A DNA stretch of 54,960 nucleotides, the filler included, from Jimgerdemannia flammicorona (taxonomy: Eukaryota), in assembly GCA_003990765.1 (NCBI GenBank). It is 2 parts of 2 records of this genome, joined end to end, with 100 filler letters (N's around TTAATTAATTAA, not from the genome) between each part and the next. Parts side by side here need not be neighbours in the genome. Positions count along the whole stretch, not along the records: positions 1 to 27,431 come from RBNJ01000628.1; positions 27,532 to 54,960 come from RBNJ01000629.1. The stretch is one strand, 5' to 3'. The translations under genes were made by a program, and so were the position numbers. Each line of letters begins with the position of its first letter. The stretch's first letter is position 1. The notes beneath the pieces were generated by a model. The model was not told the origin of the DNA, did no database searches, and saw only the letters and a program-made list of their open reading frames with translations. Shown piece by piece: positions 22,831-37,028 of the stretch.

Positions 22831-23793
22831 CCTACCGATGACGCGGCCCAGAGCGGCATTAATATTGCCGGGCCGTTATTACACAGACTGGGCATTTTTT
22901 CGCTCATTTAGCTTCGCATAGACGTTTTCCACGATATTCCAAGCTTTAAAGTCCTCGAAATTCCCAGCGCCCGCGGCTACGGATTGGATCAACTCTTTTT
23001 AGACACCCGATTCAAACAATCCCAACATGGACTCAGGACATCATGTGATTCTGGGAAACACGATCTAAAATCACATGATCGCCAATGGCGCACTATAAGT
23101 CTGGAACAAAGCTTTACCCATGAACCTAGCGCCCGTGACAAATAGAAAATATTGACATTTCCTGGATGCGGCTATTTTAAATAGCATCGTATCTTTGAAA
23201 TTAATATAGACAAGCAGCACAAATTGGGCTTGTAGACCTTCCAGCCAGAGCCTAGACAAATAGCATTGACTAAGTCTCCGAATGGGTCGGATCTGATCTG
23301 ATCTATACTATCTGAAATTTCGAATCAGATTGGATTTAAGATATAAACAGAGAATCCCATTGCTCGTTGTTAGTGTTCTGAACTCCACTATATTTAGAGG
23401 TAAAACCTGACCTAAATTATCTGATCTATCTCCAACTTCAATATAAATTATATCTGATCATTTTTCAAATTTAATCTATATAAATTAAATAAATCTGAAT
23501 TATGGTAAATTTGAATAATATTTAATTTCAAATAAAATCAAACTTAAAGCAAGTCTGATTTATCTTAAAATCTGAGATTTAAAAATAAACTTGAGTTAAA
23601 AAAAAAGAATATATTATAGTATAAAATATAGTTTTTATAAGTTGGATCTCTAACTATAATATAAATTATTAATATATAGTAAGTATCTTTCAAAATAACT
23701 TATTACTAGAGACTTTAATTTATTAAATTAAAGAGATAATTTTTTTTTTTTTTTTTTTTTCTTAAATAAAGATGTATATTTTCTAATATATAG

Positions 23794-26700
23794 TATAATA
23801 TACCCGCTCAATAGAGACAAATTACAAAGTTGGGAAATTTATATAGTTTGACTTGAGTCCCTAGTTACTTGGTTAAAAAGCAACAAAATATTCTAAGATT
23901 CCTGATATCCTTACTAGTATTTAGTAGTATAATAGTCAAATCTAGATACAATGATCAATTTTTAGATCAATTTTCTTATTGAGATAATTCTAGGATATAG
24001 TAGCAATTTATATATAGTATGAGTGGTCTGATAATTTAGTAATTTCCTTCTTAAGTAGCAGGAAATATCTGTATAGCATGAGTAAATTCTTTATATAATT
24101 TCTGCAGTATTCTATATTAGATAAATTTAGCAAATAGTGAATAACTTAAATCAGTAGATAATATAGATTCTCCTAAATTAGCAGACTTCTGGCTTTGTCT
24201 AGTAAGTATACTAAAATATAGCAGATAACTTGAATAGTACAGATTTTTTTTAAATTTGTAGACTTTTTGAATAATAACTTAGATTCTCTTCTTGATAAAT
24301 TTATATTAGAGATTAGCTTCATTTATATAGAGTTATATCAAAGAACTAACTTTATAGTAAAGTTGTATTAAGATAGATTAACTTTGTGACAAGAGAGACT
24401 TCTTAAAAATAGTAGCTTTTTAAATAGCAGTAAAGTTCTTCTCTTAAACTTAAGTAGTAAAACTCAGATACATAATCTTTATATCAGAAAGTAGATCAGA
24501 GTAGAAATAATAAAGCTCACAATTTCTTAGCAGTAGCTCATTGATAGGTTTCTTCTCCTAAGTATATCAGACAATTAGCTTTTACTTTGGTTTATATTTC
24601 AGACTGAGGTTTATTTACTCTTGTCTCTGAGATATTTTATACAGATTGATTACTATCTAGTTACTATATAACTAACTATAGATTTATTATTTTTAATAAT
24701 ATTTAAATATATTTATTAGAATATAGTATATCTATAGAGATATATATCAGCAAAAATATAGATAAATAGATCTGATTTAATATTTTGGCTAATTATAAGT
24801 AGTGGTATATAAGATAATAAAGTATTAATAACTATACTCTATTAAGTATTTATATTATCTGACTATACCATACTATTTGCTTATTACATCAGTCTCTACT
24901 AAAGAATAGTCTATCCTTAGACTATCTTTTAGTCATTATTATAATATCTATAAGTATTTATATCTATATTATTATTTCTATCAGTATATGAGTCACTCTA
25001 TTCAAGAGGTTCTTTTTTGTTCTCAGAAAACAGAATTTTAATATAGTTGATAATATTTAGATAAGTAGATATAAATATCTTTTAGAAGTCATTTAGAGTA
25101 TACTAAGCTTGAATCAATACTGTGATATTCTATTTATAATTTGTATAGAGTCTATTTATAATAATAATATTTCTTTGAGATAGGTCAGTAGTATTGCAGA
25201 TATAGGTCTGTTCTGAGGCTAGAAGATTCTATAATAGTTGACTGATTATATAGTAAACTTGTAGTTAGTGAATTTATAGTAGACATTCTGTCAAAGTATA
25301 GTTTCCTTGATATATCTGGATTTGTTAAAAGTAGATTCTATTGATTTCTCAAAATTAGAGCAAAGGAATTGGTAGAGTTTGAAGATACTGATCAATCCTT
25401 TAATTTATAATTTTGAGAGAGATAGATCTTGAGATAATTGATATATACTAGTATTCTTAAGATTTATATATCCATATCTCTTAAATAGATACTAGTTTCT
25501 CTGATATTATATACAAAATAAGATTCTTCTTATTTGGACTCTAGTTTGGCAGCAAAGTTTGACTCAATCATACTTCTCCAAATTAGTACTTGATCTCTAA
25601 TCTTGATCTTCTGATTCTTTTACTTTTGATCATAAGTCTTCTTTTATCTTTTTTAGATGTTAATTATCTGAGCATAGGTTTGATTATGTAATTATTTTAT
25701 CTTTTTAAAGAGATCATTGAGGTTTTTATAGTCAGCAGTTCTGGTTTTCTTAGTAAACATTATCTTGAATAGTATTGTTTTGATAGAGACAGCAGGGGTA
25801 TTCCAAATTTTCCATAAGATCTCAGATAAGTAGAGGTCTCAGTTGGTAGGATTGACTTAGACAAGTTCTTTCTTAATAGTCTGATTTATTTGTTCTATCA
25901 TACCATTGGTTTGGAAGTAGTATGTATAATATAGTCTGTTTGAGGTGGATCTTGTAAATTTAAGCATAACTTGTAATTATGTTATTGATGAATTCTATAT
26001 CTAAGTGTAAGCTTATAGAGGAGGCCAACAATGATCAAGATATCAGTAATTTCCATTGAGAAGATAACTATTTGGTCAGATGTTTTATAAATACTAAAAT
26101 ATATTTATTTCTTCTTAGTATAACTGATAGTAGTTTAATAACATCTACTCTTTATCTTTGAAAGATATTGTGTAATAATGTAATTGGTTATAGTGGTGTT
26201 TGATAGTTTTTCTTTTCTTAGTACTTTTGGTAGGTATCACATTTTTTGAGTATATCTCTGACTTATACTCAGAGATTAGACCAATGTTAGTATATTGCTT
26301 ACAGCTTTTCTTCTATATTTACCTATTCTTAGTAGACTTTCTGATGTTCTTTCTAGATGAGATATTTTTATACTTTAGTAGTCAAAAGAGCTTTCTTTAG
26401 AGTATAGTTTCTTAGTATACCCTTTTTCTAATTTATTAGAACTAGCAGAAAAGTATATTAACATTATTGTAAACTTTCTTTACTTTGTAAATAATAGTAA
26501 TTTTGTAATTCTGTAGAATGAGGATCCAGTAGACCAGGATTCCAGTAGGTTTCTAATAGTTAAATAGTCATTTGAGGGTAATATAGTCAGTTATTACAAT
26601 AAACCTTTTTCTGATAAGATAATATTTAAATAGAGTAACTGTCTATATAACTATAAGATATTCTAGTTTAGTACTACTATAATTAGCTTGCTGCTAATTA

Positions 26701-26968
26701 ATAGCTCAGCTTATATAAGCTTTTATATAGTACTGCTGGTCAGGTTCTTCTTGAGCTAGAACTACTCTAAGACTATTTTTGAAAGTATCTATATCCAAGA
26801 TAAATAACTTCTGTAAATTGGATTATATAAGAATTAGTACTATAGTCATATAGTACCTGAGTTCTTTAAAGACTAGTTCTTACAATTCTGTCTATTTATA
26901 GAGTATTTCTTTCTTGAAAAGGATCCATATTAGAGTAGCAATTTGAGTAAAGTTTTTGATAAATCTTT
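23794..26968 (-). mobile_element. Heavily mutated 3' part of a Gypsy family-1 copy (LTR 23794-24888, accessory ORF, IN, RH, end of RT)
   Basis: Colinear with about 8570-12171 by reverse complement. Differences are almost all C>T/G>A. Confidence 0.9.
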
Positions 26969-27359
26969 AGTTATAATAATTATATAGAGTCTTTCATATG
27001 TCATAAGCTATTATAGTATATATTATGAGCTTTGTTTGAGAATTTGACAATGTGAATATGATCTCATATAATTCTCAGTAATTATTAATAGTATTGTAAT
27101 CTTGAATCAGTATTTGTAGCTTTATATACTCTGCTAAGCCATATTTATCAAGAAGATTCATTATATAAAATACCTAAATAATATAATCTTTCTTATTGAA
27201 GATTGAGATAGACCTCTTGACTGTATTTATGCTTATAACTGAGACTATATTTCTCATACCTATTGTAGTTACATCTGTGGAAATACTCATAATTGATATT
27301 TTTATATTTCTAAACTGATCATTACTTGATATTTCTAGTATAGTATATATTAAAGAGGT

Positions 27360-27421
<62 letters not shown>

Positions 27422-27431
27422 TTTTTTTTTT

Positions 27432-27531
27432 NNNNNNNNNNNNNNNNNNNNNNNNNNNNNNNNNNNNNNNNNNNNTTAATTAATTAANNNNNNNNNNNNN
27501 NNNNNNNNNNNNNNNNNNNNNNNNNNNNNNN
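27432..27531. other. Artificial scaffold spacer (44 N + TTAATTAATTAA + 44 N)
   Basis: Exactly 100 bp with a six-frame stop linker in the centre. Confidence 0.97.
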
Positions 27532-27599
27532 CCTAACCAATCCCCCTAGGGCCCCCCTCCTCCCCTCCCCCACTCTCTCCTGATAAAAGACCACTTTGT

Positions 27600-30500
27600 C
27601 ATTTACTATCTCTACCTGCCCACCACTCTATTCATATATCTCTTCTACTAGATAGCAATGTCACCCACTCTGGAGACCCCAACCAACCTATCATCTAGTC
27701 AGCAGATCTCCCATCAACCCCTTCCATCTCAATAACTTCTTCTACATTCCCATCTATTGCCCCTCCTTAAAAACAAAGAGCCAATATCCTATCAACCCTA
27801 CCTATACTGCTAGAACCCACCCTATAGTGAGCTACCCATTGCCTATACCATCCACCAACCTAGCTTTCAAATCCTCCCAGCAATCCCTCTTGCCATCCAA
27901 TCTCCTTGCTACACCTAGTCTGTCATCTATAGCTATCCAAAAATCCCCCAAAATCTCACACTCTCTCAGCCAATGTTCTGGTGTCTATATATAACCTCTA
28001 TCTTGTCCAATATTATAACACTCCTCACAATTATATTGGCCAATGTTCAGTACAGAAATTCAATATAACATTCCTCTGTAGCATCTGTCACCAGACTACC
28101 CAGAACTTGAGAGGAAGCTATTTCTGCACTACAGCACTCTATGACCAGACTTTTGCCCAGTCCCACTCCTCTCCAATCCCCACTATCTGTCAACCACTTG
28201 GCCAAAGATCCTGACCAAGACTCTGCTAACACTTGACTCTATTTCTAATATTAAACTCAGCAAGCAGAATACCCCCCAGAAGTAATCTGTCCTACTGCCA
28301 TATAGCTGGACCCCACAATATCTCCCCCTCATTGTTATGCCAGTATAGGCCTATGTGGTGTGCTCCATCCACTACTCCCCACCAGAAACCCTTATACTAT
28401 AGCTGGTGGCCACCATTCAGCTCTATTAGAGATAGTAAATCTCCCAAGAATCTCTGTGGGGAGAATCTCATCTCCTATACCCTCTGCATCAGTGGCACCC
28501 ATCCTCTCCTCTGCAACTCAATAGCTCTTTTCAACCACTATACTTATAAGCAGTGCAGTCTCTTAGAAAGGTCTACCAGACCTAGCTCTCCCTAAACTAT
28601 TGGCATAGCTAGGATGTCTCAATCTATCTGGGCTCACCTCCTTGCCCAAATTCAGTCTCTAGCCAGCTTCATCAGTCTCTTCACTACTCAAGCTGGAAAA
28701 TCCAAGTAATAAGTAACATACTATAGCTTAGAGAATCAGTAGACATTCAGAATTAATACCAGGTCAGCTAGGGAGATGTGGTGACCTCCCCAACCCTTAA
28801 GTATCTCCCCCCAAATGGTCACCCTCCTTTTCCACCACACCTGTAGCAGGATAGAACCATATACAGAAAGAAAGATACCCAAATACCTCACTACCTCCCC
28901 TATAGGGACAATTGTTCCAATGATGTCTCCACCCACCAGCCTGTTCCCCAGTATTATCTCACACTTATGCCAGTTGGGTTTTGCCCCAGAATGTGCCTCA
29001 TACCATTCTACTGTCTCCTGGTACTGTAACATCAGCCATTGAGCTAAGACCAACAACCATATCATCTGCAAAGGCCCCCACCTTCCACACCACATTATAT
29101 ATAGAGAGCTCTACTACTTTTCATCATATATTATGCATCAAAGGCTCTAATGAGAGAGCATAAATAATAGGAGACAGTGGGTCCCCCTGAGGAACTCCTC
29201 TCCCCAAGGGAAATACCAGACCCTGGTGTCTATTACACAACAGTACTACCCTACTACCCTCTAACAAACTCAATATAGAAGCTCAAAAATATGGTGAAAT
29301 ACCAATTCTATCTAGCACCTTGCCTAGCCACACCCACCAAATGTAGTCATAGACCTTCTCTTGGTCCAAGAAGACCAGTCTGCCATTCAATCCACAGGCC
29401 CATGCTCCTTCAATGATACCACAGACCCAGGCTGTACTATCTTAAATAAGCTGGCCGCCAATAAAGTTCCACTGTTCCTAACTCAGTACCTGTTGGGCAA
29501 CCTTCTATAATCTCACCATGATTACCTTGATCACTATCTTCCTGTCCATATCCAGAAGCATAATCAGTCTCCAGTTCTTCCAGTCCTCTCTCCTCCCCTT
29601 ATCTTTATACAACAAGACCACCAACTCTAAGTCCTGCTCACCAACCTACTTGCCATTCAGAAGAACATGGTCACAGAGGGCTACCATCTCTCTTAAAACT
29701 CCAGGAACCTTTACCATCTTCTTCCAAAAGTCCCAAGATAATCTATCCTCACCCAGCACTATCCCAAGCTTAGTTTCAGTAAGAACTCTCTGAATCTCCT
29801 CCTCTTGGACCAGTAGGATCAAATCATTCAGACTCTTTACTTACAGTGATTCCCAATTCTCAAGTATGACCCCAATTGTCTCCCCATCCACACCCCCTAC
29901 CTTCTTACTCCACAGACCCCTCCACTGCTCCTTCAGCACTCCCAAGATCTATTGTATACCATGTATCATTTCTCCATCTGTATTCAGGACCCTATCCCAA
30001 TAATACCACACTCTTCTAGCCTGAAGAAGCTGTAACAAGTACCTAGTAGGCTACTCCTCCTCCTCAAGTCCCTATCATCACAGCTTAGCTGCCATTTCTC
30101 TCATATATATCTTCTCCTCCTCCCTCAACACCTGTTGTAGTTCCATCATCTCTAATTTTATATGTGCCAATCTCCAATCAATGATCTCATCAGAGTTTAA
30201 CAAATCAGTCCATTCCATATGTAATCTAAACAACCAGTTAGAAGTAAATTGCACCCTTTTTCTTCTCTGCTTCTCTGCCTCTCTACCAGCCCCTCCCCAG
30301 TAAACTCTTACATTTCTTTCAACTTTAACCATCAGGCACCTACTGGCAAACCCTCATATATCCAGCCAGCAATCTTTGCCTGGATGTCCTCCACCCAAGG
30401 GTCCTACAAACCTTCTATGTCAGCAGAGAGAAGTTAAGACACCAATTTCTGGGTCCATCTCCACTCCCCCCAAACTGCCTCTGCCCCAAAATACCCCAGT

Positions 30501-31180
30501 GATCAGACTACAGGCACTACTCTACCTCTAGTTACTTCCAAACATCCAGACCCCAGCATTCAGACATCAGGATCCAGTCAATCCTTATACCTAGTCTATT
30601 CACCCAGTGTATATAGATCCTCCTATCCCCCCACCATACTCTGCCCATATCACCTAATGAGTCGAGGGTCTCTACCTCCTCCTATACATCCAGGTCACCA
30701 CTCCTCTCACTCACATTCCTCCCACTATCCATTCAATCTAATTGAGAATTCTACACCATATTGAAGTCCCCTCTCAGAACATCCACACCTTTCTCCAAAA
30801 GTGTGCCCTCTTCTAACAGATCCTTGACTCATGTAATCCTCTCACCTCTAGCTACTAGGCAGTAGTAAGAGCCAACTTTCACTAGCTCTCACCCAGGTCT
30901 ATACCATTCCCCCCATACCAAATAGTCACCCCAGTTCCTGATCCCATCTAAGTCTCCTTAACCATCTCACACCAAAATTGCCACCTTGCCAATCCATGTG
31001 GTAGCCCCTCCCCATTCTCTAGTCTATTCTACTTAATCCTCCTCATTCTCATAGTACATATCCTGCAGCAGAAAGAAATCAGCATCTAATTCCTTAAGCT
31101 AAGTAAAAATTTTCTTTCACTGTCCAGAGCCTCTTAACCCATTCACATTCAGAGAAAAAATGTTAGTTGTACTGTTTATT
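27600..31180 (-). pseudogene. LINE ORF2: AP endonuclease and reverse transcriptase
   Basis: APE motifs FSLNVNGL, FLLQD, GDFN and SDH. RT motifs WRLIMLLDMDRKI, DQEKVYD, GVPQGDPLSP, AFADD and RYLG. Confidence 0.93.
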
Positions 31181-31229
31181 AGAAATAATATATAGAAAAA
31201 AGATCTAGCATATATTCTACAAATCCACA

Positions 31230-33570
31230 TTCCTCTCTTCCTGCATCAAGTCCAAGATATGTTCCACAGCCAATTCCTCCTCTGCAGCCTCCTTTGTCTC
31301 CAATCCTACCAGAAGTTCAGCCATCACCCCATTCTCCTTCTTCTCGAATTCCTCACAATATTCCAGACAGACCTCCTGCCAGAGCTTCAGATCATGCCAC
31401 TCTGCCCAACAGTAGGCAGCCTGCTCTCCAGCCCAACAGCCAGCTTGGCCTCCCTCTCCTTATCAACCTCATACTCCTCCTTCTTCAGAAGAATTGCAAG
31501 CACCTCTCTTGTCAGAGCCACTACTACTCCATTCCTATATAGGATCTGTGTCCAATGCTCCTTGAGCACTACTCTCAGGTCTACTTCACTCAGCTTTTCA
31601 GCTGCAAAGTCATTCATCATACAGCATATCCACAGTAGGTTTCCCATCTCTTTTCTCTCTAGTGTCAACAGCCTTCCAGCATCCAACATTGTAGTAATAG
31701 TTCCAGTACTCACTGACTCATCCCACTCCTCCTCTGAGACATCTACCAGCTTGTCCTTGCCAACTGCTACCACCTGTCCCCCTTTTGTCATATTAGGGAC
31801 TCCAAAGTGTACCCACTGGGTACTCCACATTGGCACATCCTCTGCCACCCTCCCCTTCCTAGCTGGGCCCTCCTTACAAGAGATAGAGTGTCCCCCACAT
31901 TCTACTCCCAGACTTCAAATATACTATCTGCATAGGGGTCCTTGCTTGGCATCCTCCCAGCCCCCTTCTGTCCCTCCTCTACATTCCCTCCCCCTTTGCT
32001 AGCCCAGACACTGGCTTCAGTGCCCCCAGATTCCCCAGCCCCACCCTCATTCTTCACTTCTTCTTTCATACTCACCAATAGCTCCCTCTGCCTCTTGTAC
32101 CCCTGGACCCTCTCTCACTGCCTTTTGTCCATATGGATATATTTCTCCTCCACAATCTCCAAATGTGTTGACTCTACATACTTCCTCTAAGCCTTCACCC
32201 TCCACTCTACTGCTCCACTCATCTTCTCCAGAGCTTCCAACAGATCCTCCTTCTCCTCCTCACTCTCTTTCACCCTTAATATCTTGCAAATGAAGGCTTT
32301 CCACAATATCACTGATGACTAGTCACTTGCCTTCTCTGTAGTCTCCCTCTCAGCTAGCCTAATCCTGACATCAACATCCCCAGTCCTAAAAGTAGTTCTC
32401 TCCCACATCTGGAACCCAATATCAATTACATCACTATACTCTACTATTACCTCCTCCACCCTCCTCCTAGTCTCTGCCATTGTCACTGTAGATACCCCCT
32501 TCACCGGCAGCTATACCACCCTAGGGTCCCATCTCAAACACTTCACCATAGAGACCACCACCTCTCCTACTACTACTCCAGTCTTCAACACTTCCTCCAG
32601 CAGGCCTGTCTCCTCAAAGCCTACCTCAACTCCTTCCAGACCCTTCAGGAACTTCACCAAGGCAGCCCCAGCCATCTGCTTCAGATAATTCCCAGGACCA
32701 TCCTTGTCATCACTGCTAAGCCCTGGAAGCACAGTATCACTACAAACTCTAAGATTGATTTCCATAGTAATAGTACCACTATCAGTCCTATCACACCATT
32801 GGCCAGATCCCCCTTCTGAATTGGGAATCTCTGCCCCACTCTGCCATCAGCCATCATATCTCTTTTTTTTTCCTGATTCTCTGTCACACTTCCATCAGTA
32901 GTCCCACCTCTAGCCACAGTACCTCTAGACTCTATGCTCACACCCCCAGCCTGAGTACCTCCCCCCCTCTCAAGGCTCACCTTGTCCTTCTCCTCAGCAG
33001 CACCAGCTCTAGCTCTAGCTAGTGCTCCCAATGAATTGAATCGAATCAAAGGTCCAATTCAATTCAAAGTTCGATTCAAACCTTAATTTTCAAAATGTAA
33101 TAACTCGACAAAAACTCATCCAAATTTAACGTAATTTAGCTTGTTAGATTCACTGTATTAATGTGATTCTAACAAGCTAAAGTACGTTAGATTTGGATGG
33201 GTTTACGCTGAGTTATTGCATTTTGAGATTTAGAGTTCGAATCAGACCCTCAATTCAATTTGACTTTTGATTTGATTCAAATTGATTCAAATTGAAAAAT
33301 CCCCAATTCGATTTGACTCATTTAACCCTCAATTCGATTTGATTCAAATTGATTTGACTCATTTGGGAGCACTAGCTCTAGCTGGCCACCCACTCTCCTT
33401 CACCTTGTCCACAAAGCTTGGGGGACCAGGCCTTCCCCCATTGCCATCAGACACTGGCCCTCCTCCAGAGCCCTCTCCACCCTTTGACCCTCCAAAGACC
33501 CCCATCCCCAGGCTATAACTCCTCCTCACATTCTACCAGCTGAAAGCCTCAGGTCCATCTGACCCAGCAT
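31230..33570 (-). pseudogene. LINE ORF1 region (interrupted by a MITE)
   Basis: Fragmented minus-strand ORFs (31387-31848, 32319-32765) upstream of the endonuclease with the same compositional skew. Confidence 0.6.
33020..33374. mobile_element. hAT-derived fold-back MITE, type A
   Basis: TIR TAGTGCTCCCAA...TTGGGAGCACTA, 8-bp TSD GCTCTAGC, internally palindromic. Confidence 0.95.
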
Positions 33571-33659
33571 ATCTGTCAAAACTCTTACTTGATGATATTT
33601 TATAGTATCTTTTCTCTAAGTTATATTGAAAACCATTGCTTAAAGTTGGTGTAACCTGA

Positions 33660-34000
33660 ATTATACAAGCTTACAAGAATCCAATAGTCTAACTGGATAT
33701 ATTTGATATAGTACTAATCTCTACTACTATAAAAGAATATGTCATTATTAGTATTTGGACAGGAAGAGAAGTAATTATCTCAAGATTTACCAATTATCTA
33801 GTATCAGAAAAATCTCAATAAGAAGCTAGTATAGTATAGAATACTCAATCAGTATCAGCTCAATTACTAACAGTTCAGGTTGTAATTACTCCAGATATAT
33901 CAGCAGACTTATATCAAGAGATCTGACTCAACCAGAAAATATAGAAAACTATATCCAAACTTTTGATAAACTTATATAAAAACTTAAAGATCACATTACC
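33660..34000 (+). mobile_element. Decayed fragment of the family-1 gag 5' region
   Basis: 33665-33830 aligns to about 3172-3340. Confidence 0.75.
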
Positions 34001-34479
34001 TGATATCAGTTTTCTACAGAAGTATTACCAATCTCATCACTCTCCAGGGGGGCCCACTGTCTCCTATTTTATATACACTATTATTAGAGTCTTTGATGAA
34101 CAGAATTCACTATAGAGTATTAAGACTTTTGATTTTAAGACCTACAGATAGATGGCTAAAATAATAAACTAATTAAACTCTGAAATAGATACTTAATATC
34201 TACTATAGCTACAAGCAGAGTAATTGGGATGAAAAACTAACCTTAGCTGAATTTATATATAATAATAGCATAAGTATAAGAACAAAAATAACTCCATTTT
34301 TTCTAAACTATGAATAATATCTTTGAATCTCTATAACTATTATATAAATAATAGTACTAGTAGTATAAGAAGTTACTAATATTATATAAGATATCATCTA
34401 ATAAGTATATAATACTCTCATAGAAGTATAAAGAACATAAGCAGTATATGTTGACAAAAATAGAAGATAAGTTACTTAT

Positions 34480-34900
34480 ATAAAAGGTGAATAGATATTA
34501 CTCAGTATATGTATGATATCTAACTCTGGATAATATGAGACTAAAGAAAAAACTCAGACCTCACTATATTGGACTATTCAAGATCTTAGAGAAGTATGGT
34601 CCTATATATTACATATAAGTTAGATCTCCCAGTAACTCTAAAAAAATCCACTCAGTATTTTATATATCTCAGCTTCAGCTATATATTGAAAATATCTTCA
34701 AAGAAAGAACAATATTACTCTCAGATCTGATTATTATCAACCAAGAACTGGAATATGAAGTTGATTATTATATTTGGATCACAAGAACTGATAATTTGGA
34801 TGAGCTGCTAAGCCTATCTGATATTATCTCATAAAATAAAAAAACTATCCAAATATAATACTATCTGAGAAAAAGAAGATAATATTTTACTAAATATAGA
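34480..34900 (+). pseudogene. Chromovirus-type integrase C-terminus with chromodomain relic
   Basis: KKLRPHYIGLFKILEKYGP...LDLP...IHSVFYISQL followed by ELEYEVD...DHK...IK*KNYP. Confidence 0.7.
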
Positions 34901-35333
34901 AGAAACAGTAGTCTGATAGAGATATCTTATATAATAAAAATTCTAATAGAATTTCTAAAAGATAGTTATACTTTTGATAAAGAGAAGTATAAATATTCTA
35001 AGATACTTATAAGATAATTTACTGTAATATAAATAATCAGTAATATATAATACTGAGAACAAACTAAAAATAAGATTACTATAGCCATCTTTATAGCTAT
35101 TAAATACTAATAGACTTCTATAGAACTACCCTCTATTAATATATAAATTTTGAGAGACTCTGATCTAAATAAAGTCTAACAATATCTTAGAAAAATCTAA
35201 TATTTCTAAGTCTTCTACTACTAATAAGAATTGAAGAAATACTATAAGATTAGATAACTCATCTGTCAATAAGCAGTCCTCAGCAGAGCTAAGCAACTGT
35301 TCTGTCTGTTTATTGATAACTATATTTATATAA

Positions 35334-36907
35334 TATAATGGTGATCTCAGAATAATGACATCAGTACAGAAGACAGCCTTTCCTTATACCATTAGATCAG
35401 AATATAAGAAGATTATACAATATGACTCATCCAGACTATAAGATGAGTGATGATGATCAACCATGAGTCATTATGATTACAAGACAGATATCTTGAGGAA
35501 TATAAAAGAAGAATCAAGAAACTACAGTAATAGCAATTCAAATAAAGTATACAAGAATAGTTCTAAAGACTTACCACAAACAAAATACCTGCCACTCACC
35601 AAACCTCAAGATCCAGGAACCACTAAGGCCCCTCAGTCCAGAATAGGATATTCTAAGACATCAGAAGAGCCATAGAGATCTGTACAAAAAGGACTCCTAG
35701 TATTAATCTGGGTACTGGTGACCTTTATTATTATATTCTCTATTGCTATGAAATGGAAACAAGGATCACCATTGCTACTGAATGTCTTTAGATATAGCAG
35801 GAGTATGAAATAAGAAACCTCCTCTGCCAGGAGTTTCCTCAGACCAGTCCCCAAGAGATTCAAGATGCCATCTCTATAGATATATACAAAATAAGAACAA
35901 CAAAGAGGATTTATCAGGTTTTTTGGCATGTACTATGGTTGATCTCTAACTTGGAGTACACTAGGATCTCAGACTTCAAAAAACTATCAGCTTATCACAT
36001 CAATGTACTGGAGGCCATAGTGGCCACAGAGGCTCAGTCTACTATTACCCTCAATAATAATGAAGTAGAAGACTTCTGGTATCCCATTCTCCAGAACAAT
36101 CCAGATCAATTTATACAGAGATTGATCTCAGCATTCCAAGGCCCCAGTATCTAGGTTAGATCTCCCCAAGACCCCACATTTGTTCCTTATTTTGTAAAAG
36201 AGAATGTCATAGATTAGAGAGCCCCCACCACTGCTAAACATGATGACATCATTAGTGATAACATCATCCATATGATATATATAAAATACATGACCTATGT
36301 GATGAAATGGACAAAATATTTGCAGATCTCATCTCTTTCAAAGACATCCTATCTCTGACCTCTGGCCTTAATAGTGATGAAGATGAAGCCTCTATAGTTC
36401 TGAAATTCCTGCTTTAAGTTCTTGATAACATCAGATCCTACCAGCATCCTTTTCCTATGTAACTGTCATTTTTCTGATATTCTGATCTTAAATAACTCAA
36501 AATTCTTCTGGTATCCTTTTTCTATATCACTGAAATTCTACTGATATATATCCTAACTTATGTAACCATTTGTTCAGACAACTATAGTTTTCTGTATTCC
36601 AGTATTTTATTTGGTTATTGAAATTTATATTTAGCTTTATAACTTAGCAATCATTGAATTATATTTTGTATAAATACTCCTTTTATTTTCTTTTGAATAA
36701 AGTTAGTCCCAGTTCACTTATCCTCAATTTCATATAAGCAATCTAAAAGATAACAAGACAGTTTAAAGATAAGAAGTTTGAGGACTATGAGACCTTGAGA
36801 AGGTACTCTAATAAGAACTTACTTATAACAAACTTGAGGTTAGTCTAAGAGATATATCTTGGAGAGAATCTAATATATTTAAAGGACTCAGCGACCACTA
36901 TATGACA
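35334..36907 (+). repeat. 5' LTR of family 2, with a disrupted copy of the LTR ORF at 35585-36417
   Basis: Direct repeat of 43712-45282. Translates to LEYTRISDFKKLSAYHINVLEAIVATEAQSTITLN, homologous to 17823-18680. Confidence 0.95.
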
Positions 36908-37028
36908 ACTTGGTATCCATTGGCTGGTGATTCAAGATGAATCCCTTACTTTCAAGCTAAAAAATGAATAACTACCACAACAACTACTCTGACTACAAGA
37001 GTCACTCCTGTAAGAATTCAAGATAAGA

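Larger units (their letters stand above)
27360..33600 (-). mobile_element. Near full-length L1/Tx1-type LINE (ORF1 + ORF2), decayed; poly-A tail is probably the poly-T left of the gap
   Basis: Two-ORF layout with strong G-rich coding-strand skew and poly-T at 27360-27431. The tail assignment crosses the assembly gap. Confidence 0.88.

Noticed and set aside
23260..23760. Possible further hAT-like MITE ends (GATCT repeats) and poly-T
   Set aside because: No matching TIR pair or TSD could be fixed.
27432..27531. TTAATTAATTAA palindrome within an N run
   Set aside because: Assembly linker with stops in six frames. It is not biological, and adjacency across it is unverified.
31259..32190. 247-aa and neighbouring plus-strand ORFs
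   Set aside because: Antisense to LINE ORF1. Their Ser/Pro/Leu richness reflects strand skew.
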